Shown here piece by piece: positions 37,191 through 45,578 of a DNA stretch of 64,000 nt. Source of the DNA: Candidatus Shapirobacteria bacterium (GTDB lineage Bacteria; Patescibacteriota; Microgenomatia; UBA12405; BS750m-G30); NCBI GenBank assembly GCA_043817235.1, contig JBDRHA010000007.1, positions 9,212 to 73,211 of the forward strand. Reading direction: 5' to 3'. The notes beneath the pieces were generated by a model, which was given only the letters and a program-made list of their open reading frames with translations, was not told the origin of the DNA and made no database searches. Position 1 is the first letter of the stretch; each line of letters starts with the position of its first letter. The translations under genes and the position numbers were made by a program.

Positions 37191-40100
37191 ATGAATAAAT
37201 TTACAGAAGACAACTTAGTTGAAAAAACAGTAATAAGTTTGATTGAGGAGTTGTGGAAAAATCCTAATTGTCATATCAACGCCTTTACTGATAAGGAAGA
37301 TAAAAAACTTGGCAGGGAAAATCGTGGCGAGGTTCTACTCCCCTCTTCTCTGCGATCTTCATTAGAAAAACTCAATCCCAACATCCCACCAGAAACTATT
37401 GAAGAAGCAATAGCTGAGATATCACGAGATCGCTCAACTCTTTCTTTGATTAAGGCTAATCAAGAAATTTACAGTGTTCTTAAAGACGGTTTAAACATTA
37501 ATGTTAAACAGTCTGATGATAGTTTTAAAACCGAAACTATCAAATTCTTAGATTTTGAAAACCCAGAAAATAATCACTTTCAAATAGTATCTCAAATGTG
37601 GATTGTGGGAGATATTTATACAAAACGACCTGATGTAATTCTATTTGTGAATGGCATTCCATTAATTTTATTTGAGCTTAAGGCTTCTCACAAAAATCTG
37701 TCAAACGCTCTTAGGCAAAATATCCACCCATACATAGAGACAATACCCAAGCTTTTTTGGTACAACATGGGCATTGTCTTATCTAATGGTATCGAAAACA
37801 AAATAGGCTCATTTACTTCCCATTATGAGTTCTATAATGATTGGAAAAAGGTTGAGAGTGAAGATGACAAATCTAAAACAGATCTACGTACACTTGTTTT
37901 TGGAGTTTGCAATAAAACAAGACTTTTAGATATTTTTGAAAATTATTGTTTGTTTGATGAGTCAAAAGGAGAGATTAAAAAAATAGTTCCTCGGTACTTT
38001 CAGTATTACGGTGTTACCAAAGCATTTGAGAATGTAAAAAATAGGATTGATCTTGATGGTAGACTAGGAGTTTTTTGGCATACTCAAGGATCCGGGAAAT
38101 CTTATTCGATGGTTTGGTTGTCCCAAAAAGTTTTGAGAAAACTTCAAGGCAACTTTACTTTTGTTGTTGTGACCGACAGAACTCAATTAGATGGACAAGC
38201 TTATGGAAACTTTGCCAATGTAGGGGCTGTATATGAAAAAGAGGTAAGAGCTACCAGTATTCACAATCTACACGAACTCTTGCAGGAAGATCATCGACAA
38301 ATATTTACCACTATTCAAAAATTTCAACACATTAAAGGTAGTATCTCTGATCGTAATGACATCATTGTCATGACAGATGAGGCGCATCGTTCCCAATACG
38401 ATCACTTTGCTTTAAATATGAGAAAGGCTCTACCGAACGCTTCGTTTATTGGTTTTACAGGCACTCCCCTTATGGCTAAGGGTGAAGAAAAAACTAGAGA
38501 GGCTTTTGGAGATTATGTTTCTGTTTATAATTTTGGTCAGTCTATTGAAGATAAGGCTACTGTGCCATTGTTTTATGAAAACAGAGTACCTTTCTTAAAA
38601 AATGTTAACGAAAACCTAGATAAAGATCTAGAAAAGGTTATTGAATTTTATGACCTAAATGAAGATGCAGAAGATAAACTTGAAAAGGAATTTTCAACCT
38701 TTTATCACATAGTAACTAGAGAAGATCGTCTTAACGCCATCGCTCGTGATATTGTTCAACATTTTGTTAGCCGAGGGTATGACGGAAAAGCTATGGTTGT
38801 AAGTGTAGATAAAAAAACTGCTATTAGAATGCATGCCAAAGTTCAGAATGAATGGAAACGATATTTAGGCAAGTTGAGATTGGAGTTGGGGAAAACAACC
38901 GACGAACTAGAAAAAACAAAAATTCTTGAAAAGCTGGAAAAACACGAAGATGTTGATATGGCTGTAGTTGTAAGCCAAAGTCAAAGTGAAATCGAAGATA
39001 TGGCAGAGTTTGAAATTGACATGAAGCCAATTCGAGCAAGAATAAAAAATGAAAATCTTGAAAAAAAATTCAAAAAAGCAGAGAGCAACTTGAGAATTGT
39101 GTTTGTTTGTGCCATGTGGATGACGGGCTTTGATGTTCCCAATCTCTCAACGCTATATCTTGATAGACCATTGAAAAATCATACACTTATGCAAACTATT
39201 GCCAGAGCAAATAGGGTTTACCCAGACAAAAAAAATGGTGTAATCGTTGATTACATTGGTGTTTTCAAGAATTTGGAAAAAGCTTTAGCTTTGTATGCAT
39301 CAACTGGAGTAAGTGATGACGAAGTTGTCAGAGATAAAAAAGAGTTATTAGAAGAACTCAAAGAAGTGGTTAAACTTACAGAGACTATAACAGTTGAAAG
39401 GGGCATTAATATTAGGACACTTCTAGAAGTAGATGGAGAAGAAAAACTCAAGCTTCTCAATAATTATACAGATGTTGTTTTAGCCGATGAAAAATATAAG
39501 AGAAAACTATTAACCATAGCTAGTGAGTTGAATAGTACCTACAAATCAGTTTTGCCCAACCCAGACGCAGAACAATACTATAATTTTGTAACTGCTGTAA
39601 AAGTTTTATCCTCAAGAGTTAGAGATATTGGTTCCCACAGTGTAGACGTATCTCAGGTTAAGCGAGATTTAGAAGAACTTCTCGACCGATCAATTCAAAC
39701 TGGGGAGTACGTGATCCCTCAACATAAAAAGATAAAAGACCTAAGTCAGTTAGACGCAAATGCCTTAAGAGATTATTTTAAGGAGCTAGAAAACAAAAAC
39801 ATTCAGGTCGAAGAGATGAAGGCAGAGCTCAAAGATAAAATTGAGGAAATGATTAGAAGAAACAAGAAAAGGACTCAATTCATGGATCGTCTTAATTCTT
39901 TGCTGAATGAGTACAATAGTGGTGCCCACGATATAGATAAACTATTTGACGATTTAGTAAAATTAGCAAAAGACCTCACGAATGAAGAGCAGCGCTCTAT
40001 AAAAGAAAATCTATCTGAGGATGAACTAGCAATTTTTGATTTACTATTGAAAGAAAAATTGGAGAATAAAGAAATTGATCAAGTTAGGAAAACAGCTAGA

Positions 40101-40328
40101 ACTTTACTAAAAAAACTTCAGGAGGAGAAACTGGTACTTGATTGGAGAGAAAAAGAATCTACACGGGCAGGTGTTAAAAATACTATTTTCGATATAGTTT
40201 ACAATTCTCTTCCAGAGCCAACATATACAGAACAGGAATGTGAGGCAAAAGGATCAGAGGTCTATAATTTCGTATTTGAGAGATATGGAACTTTTAATCA
40301 CCAACAAGCTCAGATCTATGCGCAATAA
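37191..40328 (+). CDS. hsdR: Type I restriction enzyme R subunit.
   Basis: N-terminal PD-(D/E)XK. Helicase motifs QGSGKS, DEAHRSQ and GFTGTPL. Confidence 0.9.
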   Translation: MNKFTEDNLVEKTVISLIEELWKNPNCHINAFTDKEDKKLGRENRGEVLLPSSLRSSLEKLNPNIPPETIEEAIAEISRDRSTLSLIKANQEIYSVLKDGLNINVKQSDDSFKTETIKFLDFENPENNHFQIVSQMWIVGDIYTKRPDVILFVNGIPLILFELKASHKNLSNALRQNIHPYIETIPKLFWYNMGIVLSNGIENKIGSFTSHYEFYNDWKKVESEDDKSKTDLRTLVFGVCNKTRLLDIFENYCLFDESKGEIKKIVPRYFQYYGVTKAFENVKNRIDLDGRLGVFWHTQGSGKSYSMVWLSQKVLRKLQGNFTFVVVTDRTQLDGQAYGNFANVGAVYEKEVRATSIHNLHELLQEDHRQIFTTIQKFQHIKGSISDRNDIIVMTDEAHRSQYDHFALNMRKALPNASFIGFTGTPLMAKGEEKTREAFGDYVSVYNFGQSIEDKATVPLFYENRVPFLKNVNENLDKDLEKVIEFYDLNEDAEDKLEKEFSTFYHIVTREDRLNAIARDIVQHFVSRGYDGKAMVVSVDKKTAIRMHAKVQNEWKRYLGKLRLELGKTTDELEKTKILEKLEKHEDVDMAVVVSQSQSEIEDMAEFEIDMKPIRARIKNENLEKKFKKAESNLRIVFVCAMWMTGFDVPNLSTLYLDRPLKNHTLMQTIARANRVYPDKKNGVIVDYIGVFKNLEKALALYASTGVSDDEVVRDKKELLEELKEVVKLTETITVERGINIRTLLEVDGEEKLKLLNNYTDVVLADEKYKRKLLTIASELNSTYKSVLPNPDAEQYYNFVTAVKVLSSRVRDIGSHSVDVSQVKRDLEELLDRSIQTGEYVIPQHKKIKDLSQLDANALRDYFKELENKNIQVEEMKAELKDKIEEMIRRNKKRTQFMDRLNSLLNEYNSGAHDIDKLFDDLVKLAKDLTNEEQRSIKENLSEDELAIFDLLLKEKLENKEIDQVRKTARTLLKKLQEEKLVLDWREKESTRAGVKNTIFDIVYNSLPEPTYTEQECEAKGSEVYNFVFERYGTFNHQQAQIYAQ

Positions 40329-40346
40329 TTACGAGCAAAATCTAGC

Positions 40347-41852
40347 ATGACTCTCTCCAAATCCGACTACATGCTATTTCTCCGCCACCCTGCTTGGTTG
40401 TGGCTGAAGAAATTTGAAAAACACAAACTACCCCCAACTGATGATAATTTGCAAGCCATATTTGATGCCGGACATGAATTTGAAGAATACGCTGAAAAGC
40501 TATTTCCTGATGGAGTAAAACTCGGGTTTAATAATTTTGACGAATATCGTTCATTGCCCGACAAAACGAAAAAAGCTCTGGACGACTGTGCTTCTACTAT
40601 TTTTCAAGGACGCTTTGAAGAGAATGGTTTAACTTGTATTGTGGATGTGCTTGAGTGTGTTGAGGGGAATACTTTTGATTTGATCGAAATTAAAAGTAGC
40701 ACAAGAGCAAAACCAGAACATAATTATGACTTAGCTTTTCAAGCAATCGTCTTAGAAAAATCAGGACTTAAAATCCGAAATATCTTCGTAATTCACGCAA
40801 ACAAGGAATATTCCCGAAATGGTGACATTGAATCTGAGAAACTCACGATAAAGACTGATGTGACCGAGAATGTAAAAGCCTTGATTGATTTAACAAAAAA
40901 GCAGATTAAAAAAGCATTTAAGGTATTAGCTGTAAAAGAAATGCCGGATATTTCTCCACGCCTTGTTAATCAAGCTGGAGTTACTGGAGTGCAATGGTTT
41001 GCAGAATGGCTAGAAGTATACAAGAGTTTGAAATCCAATCTTGATCCCTACAGTATATATTTCTTGAGTTTCCCGAATGCAGATCAAATTGGCCAACTAG
41101 AGGATGTAGGAATTAAACAGTTAGCAGATGTTCCCGAAAAGTTAGCATTGCGTCCCAAACAAGTGACACAAATCCAAACCACCAGAGACAACAAAAGAAT
41201 TATTGATAAAGAGAAAATAAGAGAGTTTTTAAGCACTTTTAAGTTCCCGCTGTATTTTCTCGATTACGAGACATTTTCTTCTGTGATACCTGCTTTTGAT
41301 GGCTGTCAACCCTACAAAGACTACCCATTTCAGTATTCACTCCATGTTTTGGATACTCCCGAATCTGAGATACGCCACGTTGAATACCTACACCAGGAGA
41401 ATTCAAATCCCATACCAGGGCTAATTAAAAAACTAAAGGTAGATATTGGTAAAAAGGGTACAATTCTCACTTGGAATATGAGCTACGAGAAAGGATGTAA
41501 TGATAGAATGGCAGGACTTTATCCTAAATACAAAGAATTTTTAGACTGCCTGAACGAGCATATCCATGACTTGATGATTCCATTTTCAGAAATGTGGTTT
41601 GTGGACAAAGATTTCTTTGGCAGCGCTTCAATAAAAAATGTCATGCCAGTACTTGCTCCTGAACTTAGTTATAAAGAATTGGGTATTTCAGATGGTCTAT
41701 TTGCCAGAAGGATGTGGACACAGACAGTTTTAGAGGGCAAGAATCAAAGCGAGCGGAAAAGAATCATGGCGGATTTGAGCAAATACTGTACTTTGGACAC
41801 TTTTGCAATGGTAAGAATATTAGAAGAATTGCAAAAAATCATAAAAACTTAG
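40347..41852 (+). CDS. DUF2779-like protein: an N-terminal PD-(D/E)XK nuclease-like domain plus a C-terminal RNase H-like (DEDD-type) domain.
   Basis: The N-terminus LSKSDYMLFLRHPAWLWL is the DUF2779-type start. IDVLE...LIEIKSS. YFLDYETFS is an exonuclease motif I-like. Confidence 0.45.
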   Translation: MTLSKSDYMLFLRHPAWLWLKKFEKHKLPPTDDNLQAIFDAGHEFEEYAEKLFPDGVKLGFNNFDEYRSLPDKTKKALDDCASTIFQGRFEENGLTCIVDVLECVEGNTFDLIEIKSSTRAKPEHNYDLAFQAIVLEKSGLKIRNIFVIHANKEYSRNGDIESEKLTIKTDVTENVKALIDLTKKQIKKAFKVLAVKEMPDISPRLVNQAGVTGVQWFAEWLEVYKSLKSNLDPYSIYFLSFPNADQIGQLEDVGIKQLADVPEKLALRPKQVTQIQTTRDNKRIIDKEKIREFLSTFKFPLYFLDYETFSSVIPAFDGCQPYKDYPFQYSLHVLDTPESEIRHVEYLHQENSNPIPGLIKKLKVDIGKKGTILTWNMSYEKGCNDRMAGLYPKYKEFLDCLNEHIHDLMIPFSEMWFVDKDFFGSASIKNVMPVLAPELSYKELGISDGLFARRMWTQTVLEGKNQSERKRIMADLSKYCTLDTFAMVRILEELQKIIKT

Positions 41853-41915
41853 TCCTGTTTTAGCCTAGCAATGAGACTCTTCTAAGCCTGGACTTCTTAA
41901 CCCCTTCCCGGTACC

Positions 41916-43268
41916 TTGTACCCTGAAATGGGAACATACAACCAAAATCAACAAAAAGAGCTTCCAAAAATCAAATACTGTCTTTATGCCCGCAAATCTT
42001 CCGAATCAGATGAGCGCCAAGCCATGTCAATTGGTTCTCAGATTGAAGAAATGAAAACACTGGCAAAACGAGATAATCTCAAAATTAAGGAGATAAAGCA
42101 AGAAAGCCACTCGGCCAAGAATTCTGGCTCCAGACCCGTCTTTACCCAACTACTCCAAGAGATAAGACAAAAGAAGTTTAACGGCATACTTACCTGGGCT
42201 CCGGATAGATTAAGTAGAAATGCAGGTGACTTAGGATCGGTAGTAGATCTAATGGATCAAGGAAAACTTATAAAAATCCAAACATACTCGCAAAGTTTCA
42301 GCAATAGTCCAAATGAAAAATTCTTACTAATGATTCTCTGTTCTCAGGCAAAGCTAGAGAACGATAACAAGGGCGTAAACGTTCAAAGAGGACTCAGGAC
42401 TAAGTGTGCCATGGGCTGGCGTCCTAGCATCGCTCCACTAGGCTACTTAAACCAAAAAGGTGATGGTCACGTCGATGAATTGATTATTCTTGACTTGGAA
42501 CGATCATCTTTTGTCACTCAAATGTTCAAAAGAGTTGCTAATCAAGGCCATAGCGGAAGAGCATTAAAAAACTGGCTAGATAGAATTGGATTTGAAACTA
42601 GAAATGGAAATAAAATCCCATTGAGTAAAGTATATTCAACTCTCAAGAATCCATTCTATTACGGTGAGTTTGAATTCCCCGTGGGCAGTGGCACATGGTA
42701 CAAGGGCAAACACAAACCACTCATTACAAAAGAAATCTTCGATAAAGTTCAAGCTATTCTTCAGACTGTTCCCAAGGGATATAAAAATAAAGTCTTTCCA
42801 TTTAAGAAAATCTTCAAATGTGGAAGTTGTGGTGGAAATGTAACAGCTGAAGAAAAGTACAGGAAACTAAAACATGGTGGTTGTACAAAACACATTTACT
42901 ACCACTGTGGCAGATCTATCGATTATCAATGCGATGAGCCATACATTACTGAAGCTAACTTAATTAAACAACTCATAGCCAATATCGATAAAATGAAGTT
43001 CAACTACGCTGGAATAACCAGAAAAATCCAGCAAGACATTGAAAGATATCACAAACTAAAAACACAGGTACTTCATCAGGAATTTATTGACGGTAATTTA
43101 ACTGAATTCAACAATGTTCCCAAAACTGTTGCTGACAAAAATAAAATGACCAAAAACTACGTACTCCACATTCTCAAAGTAGGCACAGCAGAAGAAAGAC
43201 AAGAAGCTCTGTCGTTTATCAAAACAAAGTTCATTCTGTCAAAAAGAACGATAATAATACAGAAATAA
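41916..43268 (+). CDS. Large serine recombinase (integrase-type).
   Basis: The YARKSSESDERQAMSIGSQ catalytic region. A recombinase domain. A C-terminal Cys cluster CGSCGG...HCG. Confidence 0.8.
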   Translation: MYPEMGTYNQNQQKELPKIKYCLYARKSSESDERQAMSIGSQIEEMKTLAKRDNLKIKEIKQESHSAKNSGSRPVFTQLLQEIRQKKFNGILTWAPDRLSRNAGDLGSVVDLMDQGKLIKIQTYSQSFSNSPNEKFLLMILCSQAKLENDNKGVNVQRGLRTKCAMGWRPSIAPLGYLNQKGDGHVDELIILDLERSSFVTQMFKRVANQGHSGRALKNWLDRIGFETRNGNKIPLSKVYSTLKNPFYYGEFEFPVGSGTWYKGKHKPLITKEIFDKVQAILQTVPKGYKNKVFPFKKIFKCGSCGGNVTAEEKYRKLKHGGCTKHIYYHCGRSIDYQCDEPYITEANLIKQLIANIDKMKFNYAGITRKIQQDIERYHKLKTQVLHQEFIDGNLTEFNNVPKTVADKNKMTKNYVLHILKVGTAEERQEALSFIKTKFILSKRTIIIQK

Positions 43269-43445
43269 CAGCGTCATTTAGGAGTGGCGTACTTCTCGTG
43301 GTTTAAAAAGTAAGTTTTTACTGAAACTTAAACCATACATTACAGGATCTAAAACGACACTTCGAGCAAACTGAAGAAAAATTAGCAAGCAACATCGGGC
43401 TTTTTGGCGCAGGCGTACGGGTCGCCCTGAACCTGGCGATACTTG

Positions 43446-43518
43446 TGACCCCACGGGGAATCGAACCCCGGTTTCCAGGATGAGAACCTGGTGTCCTAGG
43501 CCGCTAGACGATGGGGCC
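43446..43518 (-). tRNA. tRNA-Glu (anticodon CTC).
   Basis: Manual fold. GGCCCCA acceptor. D-arm GTCTAGCGGCCTAGGAC. Anticodon stem CCAGG/CCTGG with loop TTCTCAT. T-arm GGTTCGATTCC. CCA is not encoded. Confidence 0.75.
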
Positions 43519-43559
43519 AAAAAATAGCTAAATTATCTAATCCTATTATTTTACCAAAT

Positions 43560-44882
43560 TTAGCTTAGGAGAGTTTGTTTTCTGTGTAAAGATTTATAGT
43601 ACTTTTGGGCAAAGCGGTGGGATTCATCGCGGATTTGCTGGAGTAGTTTTAAAACTTCGGAGTCTTTTTTTAGCTTGATTGCCCGAAAAGATTTTAATTG
43701 ACCGTTTTCCAGCCGAGGGGCAATAATTAACTCCTGCTTTTTGGCCAAGCCCAAAATAGCGATTTGATCTTGGAGATTTTTTTCTTTGAGAGCGGCAAAA
43801 GCGGCCGCTGCTTGGGGTTTACCGCCGTCCACTAAAATTAATTGCGGATAAAGCCACTCCTGATGCTTAAGCCGACGGGTAATAATTTGTTTTATAGCCG
43901 CCGCGTCATTTTGAGTAGCCTGAAATATTTTTATATTAAATTTCCGGTAAAGTGATTTTTCCGGCTGAGCATTTAAAAAAGCTACCATAGACCCGACTAT
44001 AATATCTTTTCCCAAACTAGAAACATCATAACCCTCTATTTTGGTTAAAGTAAGCGGGTCAACTCTTTCGTGTTTTATAATTAACTCCCTTAGTGATTCT
44101 AGGGTTGACTTGGAACTAATTTCTTCGCGGGGAACTCTTTTCCAGCCTTGAGTGATATAAGCAATAGAGCTTATTTTGTCCCGCAAAATTTTTGCTTTTT
44201 CGAATTTATTCTTTTTGGATTCACGGCGCATTTCTTTTTCCAGGCTCTTTATCAAGGTTTTGGTTTGGCCGGATAAAAACTTTTTTATTCGGGTAATATT
44301 TTGGCGATATTCAGGTGAATTTAAATTTTCTATCCCCGGGCATAAATTTAAGTGAGAATAAAAGCATTGTTTTTTAGGAAGCGTTTTGCAAGAGCAGAAG
44401 GGGAAGATTCGGCGAATAATTTTTAAGACTTCGCGGGCGGTGTTGCCGGAAGGAAAAGGACCATAGAAACTATCTATTTTTTCATTTAAATCAACACGTC
44501 GCACAATATTAAGGCGGGGAAAAGGGGAGAGGAAGACGGCAATATATAAATATCTTTTGCCGTCTTTGTGCTGGATATTATACTGGGGCTGGTGCTCCCG
44601 GATTAATTTCGCTTCCAGCAATAAAGCTTCAATTTCTGAATTAACAATTAAATAGTCTAGGGAGTTTATTTGGGATACAAGTTTTTGAGTTTTTTGATCT
44701 TGGGTCCGCCAGCTGGCGGATTTAAGAAAATAACTTTTGACCCGGACTTTGAGGCTTAAGGCTTTGCCAATATAAATAATTTCGCCTGATTTGTTTTTAA
44801 AATAATATATCCCAGGTTTATTAGGAATTTCTTTGAGTTTTTCTTTTAAGTTATCTTTATCCACGCCCTCAAATGATATCAT
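43560..44882 (-). CDS. uvrC: Excinuclease ABC subunit C. It is a short form lacking the C-terminal (HhH)2 domain.
   Basis: GIY-YIG: PGIYYFKNKSGEIIYIGKA. Cys-rich region. RNase H-like domain: EGYDVSSLGKDIIVGSMVAF, LVDGGKPQ. It ends right after the DESHRFA helix. Confidence 0.8.
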   Translation of the reverse strand: MISFEGVDKDNLKEKLKEIPNKPGIYYFKNKSGEIIYIGKALSLKVRVKSYFLKSASWRTQDQKTQKLVSQINSLDYLIVNSEIEALLLEAKLIREHQPQYNIQHKDGKRYLYIAVFLSPFPRLNIVRRVDLNEKIDSFYGPFPSGNTAREVLKIIRRIFPFCSCKTLPKKQCFYSHLNLCPGIENLNSPEYRQNITRIKKFLSGQTKTLIKSLEKEMRRESKKNKFEKAKILRDKISSIAYITQGWKRVPREEISSKSTLESLRELIIKHERVDPLTLTKIEGYDVSSLGKDIIVGSMVAFLNAQPEKSLYRKFNIKIFQATQNDAAAIKQIITRRLKHQEWLYPQLILVDGGKPQAAAAFAALKEKNLQDQIAILGLAKKQELIIAPRLENGQLKSFRAIKLKKDSEVLKLLQQIRDESHRFAQKYYKSLHRKQTLLS

Positions 44883-44991
44883 GCCTAAAAGAGATACAGC
44901 CGCACCCGGTTCCCAAAGAAGATCTAAGATCAAGATTCCTAAGCAATGGAATCAGGCTTTGATTTCCTTCGAGGACCGGGTGCTTTCGAGC

Positions 44992-45489
44992 CTAGATTCG
45001 AGGATCAGCGCACTTAGTCCAGCGCTTGCCTTCTTGCCTCTCAAACCACATGGCGAATGAAAATAGATTGCTCGCATATTCTGGCGAATCTACTTCTGGA
45101 GCCCAAAAAGCGGCCAGCCGAGGACAGTCCAGGTCCGTTCCCCGCCAGACCACTTGGGGCTCTTCCTTGACCCCTTGGTAGTAGAATTGGAGAACCAGCC
45201 GAAAGATTGGTGGTTCTCCGTTTAGCTGCCGAAAATAGGCAGCTCTGGTTGTCCAGTGTCTAGCCTGGGAACCCTGTGCAACTTCAAAGAGCAGAGCTTC
45301 TCTATAAGACAAAACGGAAGCTCTAGCGGGGGCAGAGTCGCTCCATACAGGATATCCATTCCGACTCAAAAGCAATCTTTCGTCGGCCGCGTTAAAAGAT
45401 ATTTCGCGGCCATCCTCGGTAACTATGAATCCTCTCTTCTGGTGCGGAGAGTAGAAATTGACCCACCCTCTTTGAAGCCCCATTAGCAT
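44992..45489 (-). CDS. Hypothetical protein with an N-terminal cold-shock-like domain.
   Basis: GWVNFYSPHQKRGFIVTEDGREISF resembles the CSD RNP motifs. The local GC (~50%) is higher than the neighbours. Confidence 0.3.
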   Translation of the reverse strand: MLMGLQRGWVNFYSPHQKRGFIVTEDGREISFNAADERLLLSRNGYPVWSDSAPARASVLSYREALLFEVAQGSQARHWTTRAAYFRQLNGEPPIFRLVLQFYYQGVKEEPQVVWRGTDLDCPRLAAFWAPEVDSPEYASNLFSFAMWFERQEGKRWTKCADPRI

Positions 45490-45578
45490 CCTCCTTTTGT
45501 ATTATTGTATTATCTAGGCTTTTTGCGGCTGTTAAAGAACAGCCCATTATTGCAGACTATATTTTGAGGCGCAAGAGG

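Noticed and set aside
43269-43445. Possible second tRNA or ncRNA between the integrase and tRNA-Glu (ggcgcaggcgtacgggtcgccctgaacctggcg)
   Set aside because: It could not be folded into a cloverleaf, and there is no T-loop consensus.
43278-43520. 80-aa ORF on the minus strand
   Set aside because: It overlaps the tRNA-Glu gene and so is spurious.
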